A DNA stretch of 64,000 nucleotides from positions 12,245 through 76,244 of the forward strand of contig ONGB01000003.1 in NCBI GenBank assembly GCA_900317295.1, read 5' to 3'. The stretch comes from an uncultured Erysipelotrichaceae bacterium (GTDB lineage: Bacteria; Bacillota_I; Bacilli_A; RFN20; CAG-826). Within the stretch, counting starts at the first letter, position 1. Each line of letters starts with the position of its first letter. This document shows positions 39,833-50,267 of this stretch, piece by piece. The translations under genes were made by a program, and so were the position numbers. A model generated the notes under the pieces. The model made no database searches. It had not been told where the DNA came from and was given only the letters and a program-made list of their open reading frames with translations.

Positions 39833-41134
39833 ATGTTGGCGACCCTGATCATTGCTCTAGTTACCTTCGTTCTGATGGCGGTGTCCATCGTCTTTTTCCC
39901 GATGGTCTCCATTGGGAAGGTGAAAATAGGGACTTATTGGATCGTCGCGGTGATCGGCGCGGTCATTTTACTATCCACGTCCTTATCCCCGATTCAAGAG
40001 GTCTATCGAGAATTGACCGCGCCCACCAGCATCAATCCGTTGAAGATCCTGATCCTATTCTTCTCAATGACGATCCTCTCGATCTATCTGGATGAGGTAG
40101 GGCTGTTCCGTTTCTTGGCGGGCGTCGCCACCAAAAAGGCCAAGGGTAATCAATTGGGTTTGTTCTTCGCCATCTATGGCCTCACCTCGATTTTGACCAT
40201 CTTCACCTCCAACGACATCGTCATTTTGACGTTGACCCCCTTTATTTGCTTCTTCGCCAAAAACGCGAAAATCAACCCCCTTCCCTACCTGATCACGGAA
40301 TTCGCCGCGGCGAACACGTGGTCGATGATGCTGATCATCGGGAACCCGACCAACATCTACCTCGCTTCCTCCGCGGGCATCGATTTCCTCGGTTATTTCA
40401 AAGTCATGCTCATCCCGACTTTGTTTGCTGGCTTGACGGAACTTTTGGTGGTTTTCTTGGTGTTCCGGAAACAGCTGAAGGCGCCGATGTGCGCGGAAGG
40501 CGAGGAATATCGCATCGAAAGCAAACCGGATTTGATCCTCGGGCTCGCGTTATTGACGGTGTGTTTGGTCTTGATGGCGATTTCCAGTTATGTGCCTTTT
40601 GAAATGTGGATGATCTCCGCCGGATGCGCGGTCGCTTTGATCGTCGGGGCGCTAGTGGAACGGCTTTTGACCCACCGCCACTGGGAATACCTCATCGATT
40701 CCTTCAAGCGACTTCCCTATTCGTTGATCCCCTTCGTCCTTTCGATGTTCGTGATCGTCGTCGGACTGAACGCCCAAGGCGTCACCGCGGAATTCGGGAG
40801 TTTCCTTAACGCGGGCAGCCCCATTTGGGTTTATGGGTATTCTTCCTTCTTGGCCTCCAACCTCATCAATAACATCCCGATGAGCATCTGGTTCTCTTCT
40901 TTGCTTTCGGGGTTAGAGGGAAGAGCGTATACCCAAGCCGTATTCGCGAGCATCATCGGCAGCAACATCGGGGCGTTCCTGACCCCCATCGGCGCTTTGG
41001 CGGGAATCATGTTCTCCGCGACGCTTCATAAATATGAGGTCAAATACACGTTCTTCGATTTCGCCAAGCACGGGGCTTTGATTGCCATCCCGACCATCTC
41101 CGTCGCCTTGCTTGGGCTGCTTCTTGTTTCTTAA
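39833..41134 (+). CDS. ArsB/NhaD (ion-transporter superfamily) permease
   Basis: FTSNDIVILTLTP, IGNPTN, INNIP and IG...TPIGALA motifs. Confidence 0.85.
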   Translation: MLATLIIALVTFVLMAVSIVFFPMVSIGKVKIGTYWIVAVIGAVILLSTSLSPIQEVYRELTAPTSINPLKILILFFSMTILSIYLDEVGLFRFLAGVATKKAKGNQLGLFFAIYGLTSILTIFTSNDIVILTLTPFICFFAKNAKINPLPYLITEFAAANTWSMMLIIGNPTNIYLASSAGIDFLGYFKVMLIPTLFAGLTELLVVFLVFRKQLKAPMCAEGEEYRIESKPDLILGLALLTVCLVLMAISSYVPFEMWMISAGCAVALIVGALVERLLTHRHWEYLIDSFKRLPYSLIPFVLSMFVIVVGLNAQGVTAEFGSFLNAGSPIWVYGYSSFLASNLINNIPMSIWFSSLLSGLEGRAYTQAVFASIIGSNIGAFLTPIGALAGIMFSATLHKYEVKYTFFDFAKHGALIAIPTISVALLGLLLVS

Positions 41135-41199
41135 GCCGCGAAAAAAGGGGCGTGGTTTTTTGCCCCCTTTCATTTCGTTTTAGCCTAGACGTGTATCGA

Positions 41200-41934
41200 T
41201 TAATTGCAGGTATAGGTGAATTTCAGTTCTTTGAACATGCAGCTGAGCTTATGGCCCGCCTGGATGAATTTGCTTTCGTAGTAGGTGAACTGGAAGCCCA
41301 TCAAATTGAAGCCGCTGGCGCTATATTCGATGGAATCCGTGATGGAGAGCATGTTCACGGCCTTGTGGGTGTTTTTGTAAGAGCCGCTGTCGTAGAACCC
41401 GCCGAGGGAAGGGATTTTGACGAGGCTATCATAGGAAACCCCTTTGAGGTTGTTATAGAAGTTCGCGCCGTCCAAATTCGCGTATTTGAGCTGAACGCAG
41501 TATTCCTCGCTGCTGTTGTTGCTGTTGGAAGTCACGTCGAACGTGGCCTTCATGCCGACATTTCCCTCGAAAGAGAAAAGGACATTGAAGTTATAGGCGT
41601 TCGCGCCCGCGCTTCCCGAGTTGTCAATGCCAAACGGGTCGCCCAAGGAGCTTCCGGTCGATTGCAGCCCGCAGTCATTGAAGATGATCGCCCCAAGGAT
41701 GAAACAGCCATTGGCTAAGGGAATGGTGAACTTTTTGTCGGCTTTGCCGGCGGTGTGCTCCCAGTCTTCTAGCGCGACGGTCTTCAGGGTGTTGTTGTCG
41801 AGGGTGACGGATTTCTCTACTCCCGCGCCCCGAAGAAGTTGGGATTGATGTCTGCCGAGCGCGGCGACGCCGACGGCGGCGATGGCGGAGACGGCGGCGA
41901 GGGCCGTTAATCCGATTTTGAGGGTTCTTTTCAT
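41200..41934 (-). CDS. Hypothetical secreted/membrane-anchored protein
   Basis: MKR + hydrophobic signal sequence, GGAGG upstream; no recognised domain. Confidence 0.65.
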   Translation of the reverse strand: MKRTLKIGLTALAAVSAIAAVGVAALGRHQSQLLRGAGVEKSVTLDNNTLKTVALEDWEHTAGKADKKFTIPLANGCFILGAIIFNDCGLQSTGSSLGDPFGIDNSGSAGANAYNFNVLFSFEGNVGMKATFDVTSNSNNSSEEYCVQLKYANLDGANFYNNLKGVSYDSLVKIPSLGGFYDSGSYKNTHKAVNMLSITDSIEYSASGFNLMGFQFTYYESKFIQAGHKLSCMFKELKFTYTCN

Positions 41935-42160
41935 GGTGTGCCTCCAAAAATACAAGGGATAGTATGGGAATTTGAGAAAGCATTGCAACAATAAAATTAC
42001 TTTTAGTAATCCGAAGAATGGCCTTTTAAGACATTTCGTTTGGAAATGAACAACTTCTCAAAGCAAAGGCGGCGAAAAAGGGGAATGATGGAACCCCCTC
42101 GTCCTAAATTCTTGTTTTTATAAAACACCTAAGGGCTTTTGGGTATAATAGAGCCCGCCT

Positions 42161-43069
42161 ATGAACATCGTTGAAACGAAAGATTTAGTGAAGAAATACG
42201 GCGGCCACCCCGCGGTGGACCACGTGAACATGCACATCCCAGAAGGGGCGATTTATGGTTTTGTTGGGGAGAATGGCAGCGGCAAGACGACCATTATGCG
42301 CGTCTTGACCGGTTTGGCCGAGCCTAGCGAAGGCACTTATTACCTCTGCGGGATCGAAAGGAAGGACAAGGCCATCTACGCGGCGAGGAAGCAAATGTCC
42401 GCGCTCGTGGAAGTCGCCTCCCTCGTCCCGACGATGACCGCGAAGGAGAACATGGCCTACCAAGAGCTTTATCTCGGCATTCGCCTGACCGATGCGGAAC
42501 GGGACGAATTGCTTCGCCAAGTGCATTTGGAAAACGTCGCGAAAAAGAAGGTCAAAAACTTCTCCTTGGGCATGCGTCAGCGCCTCGCGATCGCCCTGTG
42601 CTTGATGAACAAGCCCAAATTCCTGATGCTCGATGAGCCGATGAACGGCCTTGACCCCCAAGGCATCGCCGAACTCCGCGACCTCATCGTGGAACTCAAT
42701 AAAACCACCGGGGTCACCGTGCTGATCTCCTCCCATATCCTTTCGGAGCTCGAGAAGATCGCCACCCATTATGGTTTCATTTCCCATGGCCGGCTCTTAG
42801 AAGAATTGACCGTGGAGGAACTAAACGAAAAAGGCCGTAAATCCTTGATGGTTTTGGTCGATAACGTGAAAAAGGCGGCGGCCTGCTTGGCCGCCGCGGG
42901 ATTAAAGGAAGTCCAAAGCGCCCCCAACGGGGAGGTGCGGATCTACGACGATTGCGATATCGCCTCGACCGTCGCCGCCTTGGCCAAAGACGGCATCAAG
43001 ATCCTTTCGATCCGCTCCAATGACGAAAGCGTCGAGGATTATTACCTCGATTTGGTGAAGGGGAGGTAA
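42161..43069 (+). CDS. ABC transporter ATP-binding protein (BcrA/lantibiotic-immunity-like)
   Basis: GENGSGKT, FSLGMRQRL, LDEPMNGLDP and ISSHILSE motifs. Confidence 0.92.
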   Translation: MNIVETKDLVKKYGGHPAVDHVNMHIPEGAIYGFVGENGSGKTTIMRVLTGLAEPSEGTYYLCGIERKDKAIYAARKQMSALVEVASLVPTMTAKENMAYQELYLGIRLTDAERDELLRQVHLENVAKKKVKNFSLGMRQRLAIALCLMNKPKFLMLDEPMNGLDPQGIAELRDLIVELNKTTGVTVLISSHILSELEKIATHYGFISHGRLLEELTVEELNEKGRKSLMVLVDNVKKAAACLAAAGLKEVQSAPNGEVRIYDDCDIASTVAALAKDGIKILSIRSNDESVEDYYLDLVKGR

Positions 43070-43073
43070 GACC

Positions 43074-43907
43074 ATGAGAAATCTAATGCGTGCCTTCTTC
43101 TTCAAGCTCTTCCGCGATTGGACCTTCCGCATCACGTTGTTCATCGGGCTTGGCCTCGCCGTGTTCTTGACCTTGATCTATTGGGCGATCGACCACGGTT
43201 TCGGCTCCGCGGCGGAGGATGGTCTATTCTGCACGGGCGAGAATTTATTGATCAGCTCGCTTAGCCCCGCGCAGAACTTCGGCATCGCCGTCCCCATCAA
43301 CCTCATCAGTTTCACCGTCCTTGAATTCACCCACGGCACGATCCGCAACAAGATCATCGCGGGCAATTCTAAAGGAAAGATTTATCTTAGCCTCCTTTTA
43401 AGCGGGCTGACCTTCACCTTCCTTTTGATCATCGCCTATGCCGGGCTTTGCACCGGGCTCGCCTCCCTCTTGGGCGGATTCCATATCAACGGAAGCGTCT
43501 TGGGCATGGCCATGGGGAAGCTCAACGCCGAATATCTCTGGAAATACCTGGTTTTGATTGTCTTGGCCTATGCTTTGATCACCTTCATCGCCGTGTTCTT
43601 CGCGACGCTGTTCCGCAGCATTGGGCCCTGCATCCCCATCGTCATCATTCTCGTCTTGTTTGCCTATTTCAGCGCGACGATCATCGGCGGCTTGACCTCG
43701 AGCCTTCCCCAGCTCGACGGCGCCCGCGAGGTCCTGCGCATCGTCAACCCCTTCTATTCGATCGGGGCCTTCGCCGTCGACACGGAAGGCGGGAACCTCG
43801 TCATCTCTAACGAAGCCTTCTTCTCCGAGATCATCAACACCGCCGTCTATTCCTTCATCTTTGTCTTCTTCGGGTTCCTCCTGTTCAAGAAGCGCGACGT
43901 CAAATAA
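43074..43907 (+). CDS. ABC-2 permease
   Basis: EF..GTIRNKII.G motif, six TMs, FKKRDVK end. Confidence 0.85.
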   Translation: MRNLMRAFFFKLFRDWTFRITLFIGLGLAVFLTLIYWAIDHGFGSAAEDGLFCTGENLLISSLSPAQNFGIAVPINLISFTVLEFTHGTIRNKIIAGNSKGKIYLSLLLSGLTFTFLLIIAYAGLCTGLASLLGGFHINGSVLGMAMGKLNAEYLWKYLVLIVLAYALITFIAVFFATLFRSIGPCIPIVIILVLFAYFSATIIGGLTSSLPQLDGAREVLRIVNPFYSIGAFAVDTEGGNLVISNEAFFSEIINTAVYSFIFVFFGFLLFKKRDVK

Positions 43908-43928
43908 AGAAACAATTCGCGGAAAACT

Positions 43929-44691
43929 ATGCGAAATCAGCCATATTTTGATCCTAAACCGCGCCGCTACCCCTTCCCGGAATTGACCGATCAGCATTAT
44001 CTGGTCGTCAAGAAAGACCGGGGCATCGTTTTCGATGAGAAGTATCCCTATATCGATCATTCGAAAACTTTTTTGCGCAAGCAGTGGTGGACCCGCTTGC
44101 TGCTCCGCACCATCGTTTTCCCGATGACCAAGGTGAAGCTTAGCCTCCGCATCAAAGGGAAGGAAAACCTCAAGAAATACAAAGACGTCATCCAAAACGG
44201 CGTCGTCGGGGTCTCCAACCACGTCAACATGTGGGACTACCTCGCCATCCTTTCCGCGGTGAAGCCCAAACACCCCGGGCTGATCGCCTGGGCGAAGAAC
44301 GTCAATGGCGAAAGCGGGACTCTGGTTCGCCTCGTCGGCGGCATCCCCATCCCCGAGAAGAATTTCAAGGCGACCAAAGCCTTCATGGAGACCGTCGTCG
44401 ACCATGTCAAAAACGGCGGGTTCCTGCAGATCTACGCCGAAGGCAGCATGTGGGAGTATTATGCCCCCATCCGCCCCTTCAAAAGCGGGGCGGCCTATTT
44501 CTCCGTCAAAAGCGGAAAGCCGATACTCCCGATGGCCTTTTCCTATAGGAAATCCACTTGGATCAGGCGGCTATTCGGCCCGCTTGCCTCCCTCAGCTCA
44601 CGATGAAGTGTGCCGCCTCGCCGGGATCGATCCGAAGAAAAACATCTATCCCGCGGTTTATAACCACGACCACCGCATCGATTACTATTGA
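43929..44691 (+). pseudogene. PlsC-like acyltransferase with internal deletion/frameshift
   Basis: SNHVNMWD (NHxxxxD) and YAEG..RPFKSGAA motifs; the frame breaks near 44595 and a plausible C-terminus (HDEVCRLAGIDPKKNIYP...DYY) continues in another frame. Confidence 0.65.
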
Positions 44692-44767
44692 AAACCCCGC
44701 GGAATCGCGGACGGATGCGATTATCCCTCGCATTTCCTTCCGCTGAAGCGGATAATGTCCAAGCCCT

Positions 44768-44890
44768 ATGTCACACACCCTTATCGCCACATCGAACATC
44801 ATCGGCATCGTCGTGCTGGTCGCCATCCTCGCGGTGACGATCGCCGTGTGCTTCTATTTGATATCGCTGAAAGATAAGGGCGACAAATAA
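44768..44890 (+). CDS. 40-aa single-pass membrane protein
   Basis: MSHTLIATSNIIGIVVLVAILAVTIAVCFYLISLKDKGDK; host-like codons; GATAAT 10 nt upstream. Confidence 0.55.
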   Translation: MSHTLIATSNIIGIVVLVAILAVTIAVCFYLISLKDKGDK

Positions 44891-44952
44891 CCTTTCTTTA
44901 TTCCAATAAGGTGTTTGCACTCTCCGCGCCTGCGCCTATAATTTTCTCGCTT

Positions 44953-47028
44953 ATGCCCAAATCCACGTATTCCAGCAAAAAGAAAGCCCCAAAGACCTCG
45001 ATGTCGGTCGTTTTGCGCCGCATCGTCATCCAGACCGCCGTTTGGCTACTTTCCGAAGCGGTATTGCTCGCCACGCTTTCTTTGCTTTATTTCTTCGATA
45101 TCCCCACCGGCTTTAAGGCCGCGATGGTCGACTGGTATTGGCTCTTCATCGCCATCGCTATCACCGTCATCAACATGGTGTTCCTTTTGATCGCCGAGGT
45201 GCGGATCTTCCGCATCCGCCGCCGCAGCGACATCGAAGCCGCTACCGTTGTCGGCAGCGATATCCAGGAAGCCTATAACTTCGGCCAGCTCGGCCTCGTG
45301 GTCACCGACGACAACGACATGGTGCTTTGGACCAACAATCTCTTCAAAGAACGCCAAGTCGACTTGCTCGACCAAAACATTCTCGAATGGCAACCCGCCC
45401 TCGCCGAACTGAAGAACGCCCCGGCGGAAATGACCCAAAAGCTCGAGATCAATAGCCATAACTACGTCGTCAAATACCTCGCCGATGCCCGCCTTTATAT
45501 CTTCAAAGACACCACCGACTACGAATCCGTCAGCGAATATAACCGCCAGCAGGCGATCTGCATCGGCGTCATCATGCTCGACAACTATAGCGACCTCGCC
45601 GGCAAGACCGAAGACGACAACAATGACCTCATCACTAAGGTCCGCACCGTCATCATCGATTACGCGAAGAAGATGGGCATGCTGCTCCGCCGTTACCGTT
45701 CCGACTCCTATTTCGCGATCTGCAACTTCGAAAGCCTTGATCGCATGGAGGCCGATGGTTTCTCCGTTCTACAGGAAGTCCGTTCCTTAGGAAAAGGCCA
45801 GCAGGTCATCCCGACCCTTTCCATCGGTTTCGCCCACCACATCGATGACGTGAACAAGCTCTCCGAAATGGCTTCGAACGCCATCGACATCGCCAACTCC
45901 CGCGGCGGCGACCAGGCGGTCGTCTCCCATTATGGCGAAGAGCTTCGCTATTTTGGCGGCAAAGTCGCCGCGATGGAGAACACGGGCCGCGTGCAGTTCC
46001 GTTCCGTCGCCGACTCCCTCATCGGCATGATCCGCGGCGCTTCCAACGTCTATGTTTCCGGTCACCTTGACGCGGATATGGACGCGCTAGGCTCCTGCTT
46101 GGGCATCATGGCGATCTGCGACTATTGCAAAGTGCCCTGCGAAATCATCTATGACCCCAAAATCACCGAGAAAAAGACCCGTTTGGCTTTCCAAAGCTCC
46201 TTCCCCAAAGCCGCTTTGGAACGCATGACGATCTCCCCGAGGGACGCCGAAGAAAAGATCCGTCCGTCCACCTTGTTCGTGGTCGTCGACGTCTCCGTTC
46301 CGAGCTTGGTTATGGGGCACCGCGCGCTTGAGAAGAGCGCCAAGACGGTCGTCATCGACCACCATCGCCGCGGCGAGACCTTCATCGATAAGCCCGTCTT
46401 GAGCTACATCGACCCCTCCGCTGGCAGCGCCTCGGAAATCGTTGCCGAAATGATTAAGTACGCGACCGCGAACCCGCGCATTGAAGTGCACCCGACCTTC
46501 GCGACCATCATGCTCTCGGGCATCTTCCTCGACACCTCGTTCTTCAAATCCAAATCCACCGGCATCCGCAGCTTCGAAGCCGCGGAAATCCTCAAGGAAT
46601 TCGGCGCGGATAACTCCAAGGCCGACGACTTCCTTAAGGATGAGATCGAGGAATACAACCTCGTTACCCGTATCGCCGCGACCATGCGCACGCCTTATAC
46701 CGGCATCGTCTATTGCCTCTCTGAGGATAGCGAAATCATCGAGAAGGCATCCTTGGCGAAGGTCGCCAACCAGGTGCGCGAGCTACGCGGCATCAACGCC
46801 TCGTTCGTCATCGGGCGCACCAAACAGAACGAAATTGGCATCTCCGCCCGCTCGGATGGGTCGGTCAACGTTCAACTATTGATGGAAAAAATGGGTGGGG
46901 GCGGCCACTTCGGCATCGCCGCGGCCACCTTCACGAACTCCAGCGTCGCCGTGGTGGAGGCTAAGCTCCTCGACACCTTGGAGATGTATCTGGAAGAAGC
47001 AAAAGCGGATCTGGGAGGTAATCGATAA
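44953..47028 (+). CDS. gdpP: c-di-AMP phosphodiesterase GdpP (TM-PAS-GGDEF-like-DHH/DHHA1)
   Basis: RGGDQAVV, GH..D.D.LG, IDHHRR, SARS and MGGGGH motifs; precedes rplI-dnaB. Confidence 0.92.
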   Translation: MPKSTYSSKKKAPKTSMSVVLRRIVIQTAVWLLSEAVLLATLSLLYFFDIPTGFKAAMVDWYWLFIAIAITVINMVFLLIAEVRIFRIRRRSDIEAATVVGSDIQEAYNFGQLGLVVTDDNDMVLWTNNLFKERQVDLLDQNILEWQPALAELKNAPAEMTQKLEINSHNYVVKYLADARLYIFKDTTDYESVSEYNRQQAICIGVIMLDNYSDLAGKTEDDNNDLITKVRTVIIDYAKKMGMLLRRYRSDSYFAICNFESLDRMEADGFSVLQEVRSLGKGQQVIPTLSIGFAHHIDDVNKLSEMASNAIDIANSRGGDQAVVSHYGEELRYFGGKVAAMENTGRVQFRSVADSLIGMIRGASNVYVSGHLDADMDALGSCLGIMAICDYCKVPCEIIYDPKITEKKTRLAFQSSFPKAALERMTISPRDAEEKIRPSTLFVVVDVSVPSLVMGHRALEKSAKTVVIDHHRRGETFIDKPVLSYIDPSAGSASEIVAEMIKYATANPRIEVHPTFATIMLSGIFLDTSFFKSKSTGIRSFEAAEILKEFGADNSKADDFLKDEIEEYNLVTRIAATMRTPYTGIVYCLSEDSEIIEKASLAKVANQVRELRGINASFVIGRTKQNEIGISARSDGSVNVQLLMEKMGGGGHFGIAAATFTNSSVAVVEAKLLDTLEMYLEEAKADLGGNR

Positions 47029-47489
47029 TGAAAGTCATTATGTTGCAAGACGTGAAGAAAATCGGAAAGAAAGGCGAGACCGTCGTCGTTTCCGATGGCT
47101 ATGGGGTCAACTATCTGATTCCCCGTGGCTTGGCCAAAGCCTCCACGGACTCCTCCCAAAAGCAACTCGCCCGCGATAACGCCGCGGAAGAGGCCCGTCA
47201 GAAAGAGCTGAAGGCCGAGGCAGAGAAAGTCAAAGCCAAGCTCGAAGGACTCACCGTCGAGTTCGCTTTGAACGTCGGCTCCGACGGCCGCGTCTTCGGC
47301 TCCATCAGCACCAAAGAGATCGCCGAAGGGCTTTTGAAGCAGCACGGCATCGAAATCGACAAACGCAAATTCATCGATAAAACCCCCGCGAATGCGCTTG
47401 GCTATACCCGTTTGAAGATCGAACTCTATAAGGGCAGCCAAGGCCAAGTCGTCGGCACGGTCAACGTCCATGTTTCGGAGCAGGAATAA
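47028..47489 (+). CDS. rplI: 50S ribosomal protein L9
   Basis: MKVIMLQDVK..GKKG, DGYG.NYLIP and FGSIS motifs. Confidence 0.97.
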   Translation: MKVIMLQDVKKIGKKGETVVVSDGYGVNYLIPRGLAKASTDSSQKQLARDNAAEEARQKELKAEAEKVKAKLEGLTVEFALNVGSDGRVFGSISTKEIAEGLLKQHGIEIDKRKFIDKTPANALGYTRLKIELYKGSQGQVVGTVNVHVSEQE

Positions 47490-49006
47490 TGGCGAACTCC
47501 ATCCTTTTGCCCTCCAACTTAGAAGCCGAGCGCGCCGTCTTGGGCTCGATGCTCATCGAAGCTAGCGCCACCGACATCGCTTTGGCCACGCTCCGCACAG
47601 AGGATTTTTCCGACGCCGATCCGCGCAACCGCCTCGTCTTCGAAGCGATGAAGGAACTCCATTCCCGGAAGATCCCCGTGGATGCCGAAACCGTCATCGG
47701 CCAGCTCATCAACGCGAAGAAGGATGAAATCGCCGGGGGCGTCCCCTATTTGCTAGAACTCGTCAACACCACCATCACCCCGGAGAACATCAACCAATAC
47801 GTGGAGATGGTCAAAGAGGAAAGCGTCCTCCGTCAGTTGCTTTTGAAAGCCAATCAGATCATCGAGCAATATGGCAAAGGCGTCCCGAGCGTCAGCGATT
47901 TTATTGTCGAAGCCAATAACGAGATCACCAAGATCGCCCAACAACGCACCGTTGGGGGCATGCGTTCCGCCCAGGAAGTCGCCATCACCGTCGAGAACAT
48001 GATCGCCGAGAAGATGAACGCGGATAACCGCGGCGTCACCGGCATCTCCTCCGGTTACCGGAGTTTGGATAACTTCACCCATGGCTGGCAAAAAGGCGAC
48101 CTCATCATCTTGGCCGCCCGCCCTTCCGTCGGGAAAACCGCGCTAGGGATGAATTTCGCCTATAATGCCGCCTACGAATCGAAGGTCCCCGTGGGCTTCT
48201 TCAGCCTTGAAATGGGCGCGGAGAAGGTCATGGAGCGCTTGATCGCCTCGCGCGCCACGGTCCCCAACGACAAGATCCAGACCGGGTTCTTGAAATCCAA
48301 TGAACAGGTCAAGGTGCACGCCGCCGTCCAAGAGATCGCGACCACCAACCTCTATATCGACGATACTTCCGACTCCTTGCTAGGCGACTTGCTCGCCAAA
48401 GCGACGAGGCTCAAGACCATGCATCCCGACCTCGGGCTCATCGTCATCGACTACTTAGGCAAAATCCGTTACCAGGAGAAGGCTGATCTTTCCCAGCGTC
48501 AGCAGGAAGTCTCCTATGTCTCCACCGCGTTGAAATCCTTGGCCAGAAGGCTTAACGTCCCGGTCATCTGCTTAGCCCAGCTCAACCGTAACGTCGACCA
48601 AAACGAAGACAAGCGCCCCTCGCTTTCCAACCTCCGCGAATCCGGTGCCATTGAGCAGGACGCCGACATGGTCCTTTTGATGTATCGCCCCGACTATTAC
48701 ACCAATCTCGGCATCTCCACCAAAACCCGCGGGCAGCGCCGCGCCGCGGAGCATGGGGAAGAGGACAAGGCCCAGGAACAAAACGCGCTATCCCCCGAAG
48801 AGAGGGAAAAAAACGGCGACGCCTCCGACACCGAGATCATCGTCGCGAAGAACCGCAACGGGAAGACCGGCACCATTCACCTGTTGTTCACCAAGTCCTA
48901 TTCCCGCTTCTCCGAACCGACCCCGGATTACATCGAGAAGCAGGCCGCCATCGAATACGCCGCCACGACGGGCACCAATCCTTTCGGCGACGATTCCAAT
49001 GATTAA
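47489..49006 (+). CDS. dnaB: Replicative DNA helicase
   Basis: EAERAVLG, AARPSVGKT, SLEM, IDYL, AQLNR, LRESGAIEQDAD and KNRNG motifs. Confidence 0.97.
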   Translation: MANSILLPSNLEAERAVLGSMLIEASATDIALATLRTEDFSDADPRNRLVFEAMKELHSRKIPVDAETVIGQLINAKKDEIAGGVPYLLELVNTTITPENINQYVEMVKEESVLRQLLLKANQIIEQYGKGVPSVSDFIVEANNEITKIAQQRTVGGMRSAQEVAITVENMIAEKMNADNRGVTGISSGYRSLDNFTHGWQKGDLIILAARPSVGKTALGMNFAYNAAYESKVPVGFFSLEMGAEKVMERLIASRATVPNDKIQTGFLKSNEQVKVHAAVQEIATTNLYIDDTSDSLLGDLLAKATRLKTMHPDLGLIVIDYLGKIRYQEKADLSQRQQEVSYVSTALKSLARRLNVPVICLAQLNRNVDQNEDKRPSLSNLRESGAIEQDADMVLLMYRPDYYTNLGISTKTRGQRRAAEHGEEDKAQEQNALSPEEREKNGDASDTEIIVAKNRNGKTGTIHLLFTKSYSRFSEPTPDYIEKQAAIEYAATTGTNPFGDDSND

Positions 49007-49760
49007 TCTTTGCTTTGTCGCCTCCGGTTCCAAAGGGAACGCCACGCTGCTTAGCGATGGCGATACTTTGATTCAAATCGATATGGGGGTTTCTTTGAAA
49101 ACCCTGCGCACGGGATTGGTCCATTTTGGCAAATCCGTCAGCGAAATCGATGCGTTATTCATCACACATGGCCATGCCGATCACATCTCCGGCGTGCCTT
49201 TGTTCCGCGGGAAGATCCCTATTTTCGCCACGGAAGGCACCTTGGATGAAGCTGAGGTTTTCGAAGTGATCGAACCCTATGTGGGAGTCAATGTGGGCAA
49301 CATCTCCATTTTCCCTTTCTCCACCTCCCATGACGCGCCTAATCCCGTGGGATATCTCATCTCCGCCGGGGAGACGAAACTCGGTTATGTGACCGACACG
49401 GGGACATTGGATGACACCGCGCTTAGCCTGCTTCATGACTGCGACTATTACCTATTCGAGAGCAATCATGACCTGGAGATGTTATTAAAGAGCAACCGCC
49501 CCAAGATCCTCAAAGACAGGATCCGCGGGGATTATGGCCACCTATCTAACGCGGATTCCGCCTCTTTCCTCTCCTCTTTGGTCGGACCAAAGACCAAGGC
49601 CATCTACCTCGCCCATCTTTCCGAAGAATGCAACACCCCTGACAAAGCCTTATCCACCCAACGTAGGATTCTAGAAGAAAGAGGCGTCGATTTAGGAAGG
49701 GTGAAAGTCGTTTTGACCAACCAATGGAAAGAAGTACTCGGAGGGGATTGGGCGATATGA
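48999..49760 (+). CDS. walJ: MBL-fold metallohydrolase YycJ/WalJ-like
   Basis: ASGSKGNA, THGHADH, HDA, TDTG, ESNHD, GHLSN and HLSEECN motifs; precedes rlmH. Confidence 0.85.
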   Translation: MINLCFVASGSKGNATLLSDGDTLIQIDMGVSLKTLRTGLVHFGKSVSEIDALFITHGHADHISGVPLFRGKIPIFATEGTLDEAEVFEVIEPYVGVNVGNISIFPFSTSHDAPNPVGYLISAGETKLGYVTDTGTLDDTALSLLHDCDYYLFESNHDLEMLLKSNRPKILKDRIRGDYGHLSNADSASFLSSLVGPKTKAIYLAHLSEECNTPDKALSTQRRILEERGVDLGRVKVVLTNQWKEVLGGDWAI

Positions 49761-50236
49761 AGATCACGCTTTATTGCATCGGCTTCCTTAAGGAAACCTA
49801 TTGGAAGACCGCCTGCGCGGAATATCTGAAGCGCCTTAAGCCCTACGCCGAAGTGAATATCGTCGAATGCCCCGATTTCCCCTGCCCGGAGAAATGCTCC
49901 CTCGCCGAAGAAGAGGCGATCAAAGACAAAGAGGGGAAGAAGGTATTGGAGAAGCTTTCCCCAAGCGATTACCTCATCGCCTTGGATCTCCATCATCCAG
50001 AATGCGACTCCCCCACCTTCTCCAAGCGCCTTGAAGCCGCCTTCGTGAAGGGCAAAAGCAAAGTCTCCTTTGTCATCGGGGGATCGCTGGGGCTATCGGA
50101 TGAATTAAAGAAACGCGCGAACGAATTCCTGACCTTCGGGGAGATGACTTTCCCCCATTCCTTGGCCCGGGTGATGCTATTAGAGCAGATCTATCGCGCC
50201 TTCCGGATATCCCGAAACGAACCCTACCATAAATGA
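49757..50236 (+). CDS. rlmH: 23S rRNA pseudouridine-1915 methyltransferase
   Basis: FVIGGSLG, MTFPH, LLEQIYRAF and EPYHK motifs. Confidence 0.96.
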   Translation: MKITLYCIGFLKETYWKTACAEYLKRLKPYAEVNIVECPDFPCPEKCSLAEEEAIKDKEGKKVLEKLSPSDYLIALDLHHPECDSPTFSKRLEAAFVKGKSKVSFVIGGSLGLSDELKKRANEFLTFGEMTFPHSLARVMLLEQIYRAFRISRNEPYHK

Positions 50237-50267
50237 AAACACCCGCGATTTCGCGGATGTTTTCTCT

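Noticed and set aside
48690-48840. Extra ~40 residues in DnaB between YRPDYY and EIIVAKNRNG
   Set aside because: Lies in a variable loop and has no intein termini or endonuclease motifs
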